Shown one piece after another: positions 49,584 to 59,303 of a stretch of 64,000 nucleotides of DNA (position 1 is its first letter; every line of letters starts with the position of its first letter). The position numbers and the translations under genes were made by a program. Location of the stretch: the NCBI GenBank assembly GCA_964517135.1, contig CAZFBA010000003.1, forward strand, positions 140,863-204,862, written 5' to 3'. The notes under the pieces were generated by a model. The model was not told where the DNA came from, made no database searches, and saw only the letters and a list, made by a program, of their open reading frames with translations. This stretch comes from an uncultured Gammaproteobacteria bacterium. Its GTDB lineage: Bacteria; Cyanobacteriota; Vampirovibrionia; JBFMGH01.

Positions 49584-49622
49584 TGTGACCGTCATCACAA
49601 AATTTTTGTGATTTTGATCACA
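49584..49622. promoter_or_regulatory. two tandem perfect CRP/FNR-family-type palindromes TGTGA-N6-TCACA
   Basis: TGTGACCGTCATCACA (49584..49599) and TGTGATTTTGATCACA (49607..49622), centres 23 bp apart, about 70-100 bp upstream of the 49690 start. Confidence 0.55.
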
Positions 49623-49689
49623 GAATGAATCTATCAAAAATGAGATTATGGAAACATGAATCGGTAAAAACCTGAAATCGAGGGAGAGT

Positions 49690-50910
49690 ATGAATAGCAA
49701 TAAAAGCTTTGGCATCGTAACAGTTGCCCCGAACGAGTATGTCGTTCACACAAGACTGGGCAAGATTAAAAATGAGGGGCTTGGTCAAACATTTTTCCTT
49801 GTCCCGATGATAGATAGCTACATTAAGTTTTCTATAACCCCCCACAAGATTAACTTCTATGCTGACAATATCACCAAAGAGCGTCAGGGAGTTGGCATAG
49901 ACGGCTTTCTTATCTGGTCAATCGATGACGGTAACAGGGCCTACAAAAAAATTGATTCTTCTGATCTTGAATCTATTGATAATCTGTCACTTCAGCTTAT
50001 TGATATTTCTGTATCCATTGCAAGACACACCATTTCAAATATGACACTGGATGAAGTATTAACCAACAGGGAAATTCTGGTAGAAAAATTAACTCATCAG
50101 CTTGAAAAAATTATTGGAGACTGGGGGCTCAAGATTGAAGCCATAGAAATTAAAGAAGTAAGGGTTCTGTCAGAGACTCTTTTTGAAAGCCTTCAGGCTC
50201 CTTATAGAAATGAACAGTTAAAAATTGCTGAACACTCAAGGTTAGAGGTTAAAAAATCAATTGAAAATACTAGCATTGAAACTGAATCAGCAATACGTAT
50301 AAGAAAATCTGAACAAGAATTAATGGCTAAAGAAATCGAAATTGATAATACTGATAAACAAAGCCTCATGGAACATAACGCCCGACTGAAAGAAGAAGAG
50401 AGACAACTTAAACAAAAACTGACCTCTCTTGAATATCAAAGTCAGTCTGAGATAAAACAAAAAGAACTTACCAGACAACAGGCAGAAAAAGATAAAGAGC
50501 TTATTACATCTATTGAAGAATCAAAACGTGCCGTCATCAAAGAACAATATGAAACCGAAAAATATTCAGTAAAAGAAGAAGCCAGCAAAAATTTACTGTC
50601 AAAAGAAAGCGAACTCAACCTTAAGGATAGAGATTTAGAATACATTCAAAAAGAAAGAGAAGCTGAGGTTGGCTATAAAAGAGCCTTAAACGATATTAAT
50701 AATGACCTGAGCCACGAAGCAATGATGAAAACACTTTTTATAGAAATGGGTCATTCATTGAAAAATATGAACTTTGAAAAAGCACAATGGTACTCTATGG
50801 GAGACACAAGCCCGCTCGGAACTCTACCAAAAACAATCGTAGAAATAGCCACAACACTTCAGGGAATGGGCTTTATCAACCCGGACAAACCACAACAAGA
50901 AGCCGGTTAG
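49690..50910 (+). CDS. SPFH/band-7 (flotillin-like) domain protein with a C-terminal coiled coil
   Basis: AGGGAGAG SD; N-terminus FGIVTVAPNEYVVHTRLGKIKNEGLGQTFFLVPMIDSY typical of SPFH; long Glu/Lys-rich helical C-terminus. Confidence 0.8.
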   Translation: MNSNKSFGIVTVAPNEYVVHTRLGKIKNEGLGQTFFLVPMIDSYIKFSITPHKINFYADNITKERQGVGIDGFLIWSIDDGNRAYKKIDSSDLESIDNLSLQLIDISVSIARHTISNMTLDEVLTNREILVEKLTHQLEKIIGDWGLKIEAIEIKEVRVLSETLFESLQAPYRNEQLKIAEHSRLEVKKSIENTSIETESAIRIRKSEQELMAKEIEIDNTDKQSLMEHNARLKEEERQLKQKLTSLEYQSQSEIKQKELTRQQAEKDKELITSIEESKRAVIKEQYETEKYSVKEEASKNLLSKESELNLKDRDLEYIQKEREAEVGYKRALNDINNDLSHEAMMKTLFIEMGHSLKNMNFEKAQWYSMGDTSPLGTLPKTIVEIATTLQGMGFINPDKPQQEAG

Positions 50911-50950
50911 AATAAAATTCTTTTATCAGCTACAATAGCCTTTTATCATA

Positions 50951-50977
50951 CCCCGCACAGACGGGGTTTTTTATTTT
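50951..50977 (+). terminator. Rho-independent terminator
   Basis: ccccg-cacaga-cgggg followed by ttttttatttt, 40 nt after the stop at 50910. Confidence 0.65.
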
Positions 50978-51443
50978 CAGAATTTATTTTTAATCTTCTT
51001 AATAACAGAAATAAAATTAAGATTAATTATAATTTAAAATTTTCAGGTTTACTCTTCTATTAAAATGGGAATATTTATCAATAAGGTTACTCTTGGGTCG
51101 TGAACTTAATAACGCTAAATTATGCTATTACCAGTAGGAATAAATGTGAATGCGGTCAGGGCCGGGTCTCCAACTGCTAATGACTACAGGCCAAAAGCAA
51201 ATAAATCAATCAATCAACACCTGTACGAGGCCCGCATACCGCAAACAACCATTGTGGATATCGGATATAAAGCCGGTACTCTGCCAGATTATTCTATAAA
51301 CACATATTCACCAAGAATTCCAAAACCAACAGCTAAAATACATTATAACCCTCCCAGAATTTCTTTACCGGCATCAAGTTTTCCGTCATCTACCGCATTG
51401 TTAATGCAGCAGGCTCAAGCTCTGACCAATTATCTGCGTTAAT

Positions 51444-52091
51444 TTATTGAATGGGTTTTCCATTCTTGTAATAATCGCTATAGATTTCTATAGTGCTTAT
51501 TATAGTGCTTTCAGGATAATTTTTTAGAAGCTGTAATTCAGCTTTCTCATTCATTGTGCCGGTATATTTAAACAGATCTGCTAATCCAGGGTTATAAACT
51601 CCTACTATTAGGTTTATAGAGTATTTATCGTGAACACTGGTTTCTTTTACCGGCCATTTGTCGAAGCTTACAATGTATCCATTTGGGCCACCCAGATATT
51701 CAGGCTCACCATATTTATCTATCAGCTCTGAAATCTTTAAATCAACGCTTATATCATCCTTATAAAAAGTATAAATAGGATTGGAAGTCATTATATAACG
51801 GATAGGTGCCATTTCATCATCAAGCTCTCTTTTGGTTGAAAATTCAAGTAAGAAGTTGCCTGTTTCGTCAAACACGTAGTATCCCGTCTGGCTGTCATTG
51901 ATTTTCAAAATATAGTCAGACAAATTTTCTTTTACTGTTTTCAATGAATCCCCTATGCAAACCTTTCCAATACAATATTCGTTTATTTCAAGGTCATCGA
52001 GAGGTAAAAGAGACTCTTGAGCAAAGATAACACTGCTTATACTAAAGTAAGTCAGCATAAATACCCCTAATATACTTACTATGTTTTTCAT
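51444..52091 (-). CDS. hypothetical secreted protein
   Basis: Signal peptide MKNIVSILGVFMLTYFSISSVIFAQE; no recognised domain. Confidence 0.5.
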   Translation of the reverse strand: MKNIVSILGVFMLTYFSISSVIFAQESLLPLDDLEINEYCIGKVCIGDSLKTVKENLSDYILKINDSQTGYYVFDETGNFLLEFSTKRELDDEMAPIRYIMTSNPIYTFYKDDISVDLKISELIDKYGEPEYLGGPNGYIVSFDKWPVKETSVHDKYSINLIVGVYNPGLADLFKYTGTMNEKAELQLLKNYPESTIISTIEIYSDYYKNGKPIQ

Positions 52092-52346
52092 TCTGTTTTT
52101 TTCCTATCTGTTATTTTAAATTGAAAATTTTTATTAAACATTGCATTCTTATTATCCAATTTTTTATTTAAAACAAAAAGCAAAAAATCTTAAGAATTAC
52201 AAAATATTTCATATTTTTTTTAAAACTTCTTGCCAAAACCTGTTGAATTCAGTCAGAAAAATAAATTTTGGATAGAAAAAGCCTCACTTATGTGAGGCAT
52301 CAGGTAAGACAATTAAATTATCTGGTTTTTCTCTCTCTCCTCAATA

Positions 52347-54281
52347 CTAGACGTTTTGTCTATAGACTTCTTTTACATTACCGAGAATATTTGGTGTATC
52401 AATTTCAAACATATGTACTCTACCAGGAGCTAAATCTACTGCAACTGATCCTTTTTGTACAGCAAATCTTGATTTAGCACCATATGGCGGAATAAGATCA
52501 TTTAGTGCCTGATTTTCTGGTAATGTTGGCAATTCTATTTTACCTATTTGTCTTGCGTTTATATCTTTGTTGGCAACAACAAGAAGGGTTTTGCCGTTAT
52601 AATGTCTGAGGAATGCCATAATCTGGTCATTATTATTGTTTGCTTTTACCTTCAGAGGTATATAGTAACCAAGGCCAATCACATCTTCATACTGTTCTCT
52701 AATGTTGTTAATATTTTTAACGAAGTGATACAGTTGCGGTTCTTCACCACCTGGAGGTTTAACATAGTTAAAGATATCCATCTGTCTGGTGTCGCCTGTT
52801 TCAAAACCATTGATGTAATATGGATTTACCATTGGTAAAGTGGCAAGTAATGTTGCTGCAAACTGACTGTATAAAGCTCCACCGTGATTCATAACACTTC
52901 TATCATCGTGAGTATAGAATGAACCTATCATAGATTTACCAGGAGGTAACCTGTGTGTCATATTCAGATTATCAACAACATACTTATGTACTTCACTAGC
53001 ATCTTTCATATTTTGAAGGATATGATACTGACCGTAGAATGAATCAAAACCTGACTCTAAAAGTTCTTCAGGTCTATCTGCAGGTATGTTTGCCATAGGT
53101 GATGCATCTTCATGTATGTAACTTTCAGCCAACCAGGCAAAACCAGGGTCTAACTGGTGTGAATACTCAATAAGAGGCTTCCAGAAATGAGCAGGTTTTG
53201 CTCTGGCAACATCAGCCCTGATGCCGTCTACACCAATATCAATAAGGTTTTTAACAAAATCTTTATGCATGTCATACAGGCTTTGTCTTAGTTCACCAGT
53301 ATCACGGTTTACATACGGGTCAAACATTCTAATATCATGCCAGCTGCCAGGAACCTTTAAGTTGCCATCACGGTCTCTTAAGAACCAGTCAGGATTTGTT
53401 TCTGTCATATCTATAGCACCACAGCTAGGTAAGTCTACCATAACTCTGATACCACGTTTGTGACACTCATTTACAAAAATCTTAAATTCATCTGTCACAC
53501 TAAGACCATTATTTGGTGTATCAAGCTCACTGGCAATCTTTAGATAATCAGACGGAGCATAAATACTGCCAGCTTCACCTAGTTTTTGTATTTGACCAAT
53601 TTCAAACACTGGCAACACATGCAGAGTATTAATGCCTCTATTCTTTATCTCATCAAGCCTGTTAATAGCATTCAGGAAGGTTCCGCTTTCATTCTTATTG
53701 TGTTCAATGATACCATCATTGTTTTTGTCTTCTGCGCCAAGTGTTCTAATAACAACGCCTTCAATAACAGCTTTATTCTCTTGCATAAGAGATCTTAAAT
53801 CATTTTTAAAAGGATATTTAGGAACTCTGGAACCATCAGGGCCCGGCACAGGAAGAATTTGAGAGGCTACAAGATCACTGTTGATGGGTGCAGATGAAAT
53901 TGATGAGCCTGTTTGAACCTTTGGTGAATCATATATATTAACCCTGGGCATCTCATAAACTGATTTTACCGGCCTTGAAAGCCAATTATACTGAGCTGGA
54001 AGATTTGAAGGGTTAAAAGTACTTGGTTTAAAGGGACTTTTCTGAGCAGGCTGAGGAGTAGAATCCGGTCTGTTAACTGTTACATTTTGAGCCACAGGCT
54101 GAACATTGGCATTTTGTTGAACTTGTGGCAACTGCTGTTGTTGATAATGCTGCTGCATTTGTTGTTGCTGGAGTAAGGCCTGCTGTCTCTGATGTTGCAA
54201 AGCTTGTTGCTGCATCAGTTGCTGGTTATAGTACCACTGTTGAGGATTTAAATATGATTGTGTATTGTAAAATCCTGCCAT
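52347..54281 (-). CDS. glycoside hydrolase family 13 (alpha-amylase family) enzyme with a Gln-rich N-terminal extension
   Basis: All four GH13 conserved regions: I GIRVMVDLPSCGAID; II GVDGIRADVARAKP (nucleophile Asp); III AWLAESYIHE (acid/base Glu); IV FYTHDDRS. Preceded by a roughly 130-aa QQ-rich low-complexity N-terminus. Confidence 0.7.
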   Translation of the reverse strand: MAGFYNTQSYLNPQQWYYNQQLMQQQALQHQRQQALLQQQQMQQHYQQQQLPQVQQNANVQPVAQNVTVNRPDSTPQPAQKSPFKPSTFNPSNLPAQYNWLSRPVKSVYEMPRVNIYDSPKVQTGSSISSAPINSDLVASQILPVPGPDGSRVPKYPFKNDLRSLMQENKAVIEGVVIRTLGAEDKNNDGIIEHNKNESGTFLNAINRLDEIKNRGINTLHVLPVFEIGQIQKLGEAGSIYAPSDYLKIASELDTPNNGLSVTDEFKIFVNECHKRGIRVMVDLPSCGAIDMTETNPDWFLRDRDGNLKVPGSWHDIRMFDPYVNRDTGELRQSLYDMHKDFVKNLIDIGVDGIRADVARAKPAHFWKPLIEYSHQLDPGFAWLAESYIHEDASPMANIPADRPEELLESGFDSFYGQYHILQNMKDASEVHKYVVDNLNMTHRLPPGKSMIGSFYTHDDRSVMNHGGALYSQFAATLLATLPMVNPYYINGFETGDTRQMDIFNYVKPPGGEEPQLYHFVKNINNIREQYEDVIGLGYYIPLKVKANNNNDQIMAFLRHYNGKTLLVVANKDINARQIGKIELPTLPENQALNDLIPPYGAKSRFAVQKGSVAVDLAPGRVHMFEIDTPNILGNVKEVYRQNV

Positions 54282-54302
54282 CTTTTGTCTTACCCCTTAA
54301 CT

Positions 54303-55886
54303 CTAATGATTGTTAGCCTGATCGGTTTTAATTTTTGGATTATATTTGTTTGCCTTACCCATTACGAAGAACGTATAGATAGCTGTGGCAGCAAGAAGCC
54401 CGAGACCAATACCGCCAATTCGCTTGAGCCATCTGCGGTGTAACAGTGTATCTTTAACAGCATCGTCAATAAATTTAATTGGTCTCTTGCTCAGCAGGGC
54501 TACTGCATCATCTGTTTGGCCACTCTTGAAGAGTTTTTCCAGTTGTTTTACGAGTTCTTGATTTTCTTTTGTCTTACCGAGGTACTGTAAAACAGCATCT
54601 TGATTGCCTTTTTCAAGAAGAAGCTTTCTAGCACCAGCATCAGGTAAACCTTTGATTAATTTTGATAAAGTTGAAGCATCAGCTGTACCTGATTGACTCA
54701 GAGCGTTAAGCATGTTGCCAAAGCCTGATTGAAGGTTTCGAGCTCTGAGTTTTACAAATTGCTCCATAGCGTTATCTTGAAGTTCAGGATGTTGTTTCAT
54801 AATCCTTAGAATAGCATCTCTCCAGCCATTAACCTGTGAAATACTTCCTTTTAAAGCCTCTGCTCCTGCCTGAGCCTGTGATGGATTAGCCTGCAGGTGG
54901 CTTGCAATAGCTTTTATTTTCATACTTTCAGTAGCTGGAGAAGCTTTACCGGCAACTTTCGGTATCCAGGCCTGTTTGCCAGTGATGACACGCTTAGCGT
55001 TCTGGAAGAATTCACCAACTTTTTGAACAGCACCATCAATGATACCTGTTTTCTTGACAACTTTTGACGGTGTATCCTGCCACATACGGGCGATGGCTGA
55101 ACCTTCTTTCATACCGAAGGTGTTGTCAACAGCCTGTTGTAAAAGTTTTTTCGCTTTATTAATATTACCAGATTGAACAGCATTTTCAATTCTTTGCTCG
55201 AGTGAAGAGAGTCCTCTCTTATGGAAGAGGTTCATAATAGGGCTTTTCAGCTGGTTAATGCCGTCAGCCATTAAGCTGGCAAAAACTGGTGTAGCAACGC
55301 CGGCTGAAATCATCATCCAGGTTTTGGATTGAACTACTACCTGTTGAATTTTTTCCTGTATAGCTTCTTTTCTGTTGATGATATTTTTGGGTACTCCCAT
55401 TTTGTCGCCAATTTTATAGAGTTCTGCATCCGGCACTAAATCCCACGGTATAAAACCAGGATCATCGAATAATTTCTTTCTTCTGCCGTAAGAGTCCATA
55501 TACTCTTTATCAAGGTCAAGGCCGAATCTGGCTTTAACCATCTTATTAATAATCTTGGGAGATAAGCCCATTGAGGCAAACCAGCAGGCGAACCCTATAA
55601 ACTCATTGATACCTGAAACTTTAGAATATGCAAGTGAGCTTGCCAGAGTAGCAATACCTAGAGAACCCATTCTAATGGTGGTATCGTTCATACGTCCCAG
55701 AGTATAGTCACTGCCTTCTGCTTTAGCAATTGCTTTGCCAAGGTTTCTGGCATTTTCAGCATGTGTATTGACTGATGATGCTACTTTCTGGAACGGATTT
55801 TCTTTTATCAGGTGAGCATACTGATGTTGCTGATTTTTATTGTTAGCTGTGAAGCTGTAAATATTTGTGTTATTAATACCTACCAT
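54303..55886 (-). CDS. hypothetical protein, paralog of the adjacent upstream gene (unknown family)
   Basis: Shares a roughly 90-aa conserved core with 55890..57104 (VKARFGLDLDKEYMDSYGRRKKLFDDPGFIPWDLVPDAELYKIGDKMGVP... versus VKHKYGVDLDMKYKNDQGEIHKVFESLDFTRWDLLTDDDWNRIGDKLGIP...); hydrophobic segments; ATG start. Confidence 0.55.
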   Translation of the reverse strand: MVGINNTNIYSFTANNKNQQHQYAHLIKENPFQKVASSVNTHAENARNLGKAIAKAEGSDYTLGRMNDTTIRMGSLGIATLASSLAYSKVSGINEFIGFACWFASMGLSPKIINKMVKARFGLDLDKEYMDSYGRRKKLFDDPGFIPWDLVPDAELYKIGDKMGVPKNIINRKEAIQEKIQQVVVQSKTWMMISAGVATPVFASLMADGINQLKSPIMNLFHKRGLSSLEQRIENAVQSGNINKAKKLLQQAVDNTFGMKEGSAIARMWQDTPSKVVKKTGIIDGAVQKVGEFFQNAKRVITGKQAWIPKVAGKASPATESMKIKAIASHLQANPSQAQAGAEALKGSISQVNGWRDAILRIMKQHPELQDNAMEQFVKLRARNLQSGFGNMLNALSQSGTADASTLSKLIKGLPDAGARKLLLEKGNQDAVLQYLGKTKENQELVKQLEKLFKSGQTDDAVALLSKRPIKFIDDAVKDTLLHRRWLKRIGGIGLGLLAATAIYTFFVMGKANKYNPKIKTDQANNH

Positions 55887-55889
55887 ATG

Positions 55890-57104
55890 CTATACCCCCC
55901 TCATAAAAGCTTCAAACACAGCAAATGGAGAATGAGGGTCAATTTGAGCCTGTCTTGTCTGAATAGCAGCCGGTGAATTAAGCTGACTGGTTGCAATCTG
56001 TGTATAAAGCTGCTCATAATCTACTTTATTAGGATTAATTTTGCTAGCTATTTGGTCTCTTAAAGCCGGGTCATTTTGAATCTTAGTAGAAAACGGCATT
56101 GCTTCAGACTTGCTCAAGTAGATTTTATCTTTGTTCGGGGTTCTAATTAAGCTAACAAGAGCCATAATTGGCAGTGCAATAAGGGCTCCGATAGCCAGTT
56201 TACCAACAGGAACACTGCCGAGCTTTTTCGCTGGCAGTTCTTTAAAAGCATTAACAAAGGGTTTAACTATTTCAGACTTAAAAGCACCTGCTACAGAGGT
56301 TTTTAATTCTCCAAGGCGCTTCATGAGCGGTTTAGTATTATTTTTGTTCATAAGGGCATTAAAACTTGTTCTGACTGCACCCTGTTTGCCGAGGCTCTGG
56401 AAGAGGTTCTCCCAGCCTTTATTTCTGGCTATAAAGCCAGCACCTGTAGCAGCAAACAATGCACCCAGAACGAGTTTCCATGCTCTAGCTTTAACCAGTA
56501 TCTTTTGAACTTCGGCTTTAACAGCAGTATCTCTATCAACTACATCCTGTGGAATGCCAAGTTTATCGCCGATACGGTTCCAGTCATCATCTGTTAAGAG
56601 ATCCCAGCGGGTGAAGTCTAAGCTTTCAAATACTTTATGAATTTCGCCCTGATCGTTTTTGTATTTCATATCAAGGTCTACGCCATATTTATGCTTGACA
56701 AAACTGTTTATAAAGTTGTTTCCGAGCCCCATGCCAAGGTAATAAAGGCCAACACCCACACCCTGTTTCTTGGCAAGTTTAATGTCTCCGCCTGCCCTGA
56801 AAGAGTTAAACAGCATTGCACCACCTAAGTAGTAAGGTACGGCAGCCATTTGTAGAAATTCATGAAAGCTTACTGATTTATCCCCTTGCAGACCACGCAC
56901 TATAGACCCCGGAATATCAACCGTGACCTTTTTTACACCCAGTTTAAATTTTTGAAGGGGGTTGAGTTTTAATACTTCGCAGGTTGGCGCATGGGCATCT
57001 TCCATCAAGAGAACTTCATTTTTTGGTTGAAATGCCGCACCGCCAATAGCTTTTGGCTCTGCTTTAAAACTCACGTATGGAGAATTAAGATTTGTTGAAA
57101 TCAT
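55890..57104 (-). CDS. hypothetical protein, paralog of 54303..55886
   Basis: See the 54303..55886 entry; 3-nt intergenic gap (operon); ATG start. Confidence 0.55.
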   Translation of the reverse strand: MISTNLNSPYVSFKAEPKAIGGAAFQPKNEVLLMEDAHAPTCEVLKLNPLQKFKLGVKKVTVDIPGSIVRGLQGDKSVSFHEFLQMAAVPYYLGGAMLFNSFRAGGDIKLAKKQGVGVGLYYLGMGLGNNFINSFVKHKYGVDLDMKYKNDQGEIHKVFESLDFTRWDLLTDDDWNRIGDKLGIPQDVVDRDTAVKAEVQKILVKARAWKLVLGALFAATGAGFIARNKGWENLFQSLGKQGAVRTSFNALMNKNNTKPLMKRLGELKTSVAGAFKSEIVKPFVNAFKELPAKKLGSVPVGKLAIGALIALPIMALVSLIRTPNKDKIYLSKSEAMPFSTKIQNDPALRDQIASKINPNKVDYEQLYTQIATSQLNSPAAIQTRQAQIDPHSPFAVFEAFMRGV

Positions 57105-58725
57105 CTTTGTTAAAAGACCTCATCGGGGGTACTTTAAAAATTGTTGACCATGTGATCCGCATATTTACCTGATGCTGAATTAACAACCCTAAACAATAAA
57201 AAATGCTAAAAATGTTAAACAATTTTACAACTGTTTACAAGAACTTCAAATAAATTGCTTTCAGCTATTTCGCTGATCAGGCCTGTTTAAAAAACACTGT
57301 TTCTGATAGTTCTTTTTTGTTGCAACTTTCGAAAAATATAAATGTTCTAACCTTTACCCTGTAGAGTATTCGAAAAACGACTATTATTAATACATTTAGT
57401 TTTATAAAGTTTATCACTGGTGTCCGGTAAAAGATTATATTTCGATGTATAAAACCTGTCATAATCTTTGTTTTAGATTAGAAAATTTTACAGGAAGTTA
57501 AATTTTAGAAACGGGCAAAAATTATTAAACAGGGTTCAGTGAAGAGATGGTTCGGGTTTGTTTTTTTGGCCCGCAGGCCCAAAAAACAAACCCTCAGAAA
57601 AAAATTAACCGGACAATAATGAAAGTTTATTAGAAAATTTAAATATCTTTGAGTTATGCAATGATCATAACTTCGTATTAGATACCCCTTTTTTTCAGTT
57701 AAGCAGTAATTTTTTCATTGTTCCTTGTTCTGAATATTTTCAAAATTGTTTTCAAAAAAAAAATCACCCTGTTACGGATGATAATTCTTTATTTGGTAGT
57801 ATACAGAACTTAAAACGTGGTAAATAGTAATATGTAAATGAAACATAAACTTAATGACATTAATGTAAACCAGAGGAACATTAAAGGATGCTGGTTATGC
57901 CATGGTGTAATAATGCTATTCTTTTTAAATGAATCTAAAGTGTTAACGAGTTTCCTCATATTTCCCCCTATTTAAATAAATATTCCTCATCTACATTATG
58001 GCTTTTACTAAAATAATAACGTACAATTTAAAAGATTTGATCATCCAGATAGCCTACCTACAGGGTTTACAAAAGTTAACAAACGCAAATTTCAGTCTTT
58101 ATCCTCATTCCCTAACTCTAGTTGAAAAACAATCAGCCGAAAAGTTAATTAATAGTTAACAATCATCCACCTAATCACAAACTTTTCTTATTAATAGTCT
58201 AAAACAGTTAATCAGTCTTTGTTAATCCCTTGCTTGATGGCTAATTCAAGAAAATTGAATTACATAATTTGATTTTGGTAGCCTTATTATAAAACGAAGT
58301 TATAAATAATCATACCGTTTGACCAATATATCTTTGTATAATTTTACAATGTAAATAAGTTTGCTGATTTGAATATAGAAAATGGCTTTACATTCGTTGT
58401 ATATTTAGATTTTAGAGTTTCTTTGAAGTTTAAATTCGTTAAATATTGCAGCTTGAAGACTATTAATACAAAACAACTATTTTAAATATGGATGAATTTA
58501 TGTTTTACGCCCGAAAAAAAACGAAAAAACATATGTATTTTTTATATTTCTATAAAAAAATCTTCAAACTGCAGGTATTTTTTGAATTGTATTTATACCT
58601 TATATAATAATATAATTTATAGATTTATTAACAACCAGAGGTGTAATTTATAGATTGTTTTATTAAGCTTTGTTAAGATAAATCATTAAAAACCTTATGG
58701 TAAAGGAGATGCAATACAGAATAAA

Positions 58726-59283
58726 TCATTGTTTTTTCCAGAAAGTGAGGCCTGTTTTACCGTATTTTTTATATTTATAGAGCGTTAAGCTTTCAATATT
58801 TATCATATCATAATCAAATTTTGCCTTAAATTGTAAAACCAGCATATTTGATTCATTAAGTAATTGAGAATCAACAATAAGTTTAAACAGTGACTGAATA
58901 CTGTCTGAATCCATTTCATGGTAGGGTGGGTCAAGAAATATGATATCCAGATTCTCTTGTTTAAGGGCAAAAAGAGCCTTTTCAACATCTCTTTTAATAA
59001 TTATACAATGCTTTTCAATAGCGGTCTTCTTGATATTATCAGCAAGCAACTTTAGTGCCTGCCGGTTATTTTCAACAAACAAAACCTTTTCAGCCCCCCG
59101 TGAAATAGCTTCAATACCTACAGAGCCACTACCAGCAAACAGGTCTGCAAAAACACTTCTTGAAACTCTTTCTTGAAGGATATTAAAAAGGCTCTCACGA
59201 ATAACCCCTGATGTTGGTCTTAAACAACTATCAGCTGGTGTTTTAAGGGTTCTGCCCTTTAGTCTTCCGCCTGTTATCTTCAT
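58726..59283 (-). CDS. rsmD: 16S rRNA (guanine966-N2)-methyltransferase RsmD
   Basis: MKITGGRLKGRTLKTP... RPTSGVIRESLFNIL, SAM-binding DLFAGSGSVGIEAISRGA, DIIFLDPPY motif. Confidence 0.85.
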   Translation of the reverse strand: MKITGGRLKGRTLKTPADSCLRPTSGVIRESLFNILQERVSRSVFADLFAGSGSVGIEAISRGAEKVLFVENNRQALKLLADNIKKTAIEKHCIIIKRDVEKALFALKQENLDIIFLDPPYHEMDSDSIQSLFKLIVDSQLLNESNMLVLQFKAKFDYDMINIESLTLYKYKKYGKTGLTFWKKQ

Positions 59284-59303
59284 TGACAGTCCGATAAAAT
59301 TTG

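Noticed and set aside
51122-51442. 106-aa ORF on the + strand between the SPFH gene terminator and the convergent secreted-protein gene
   Set aside because: It has no SD and a Pro/Ser/Thr-rich low-complexity product, and it lies downstream of a strong terminator and overlaps the 3' flank of the minus-strand gene. It is probably not a gene, so it is not listed as a feature.
58070-58230. oriC in the 1.6-kb ORF-free region
   Set aside because: There is only a single 7/9 DnaA-box-like match (atcatccac), no dnaA/dnaN nearby, and no cluster of TTATCCACA boxes. Origin assignment needs a whole-genome skew analysis.
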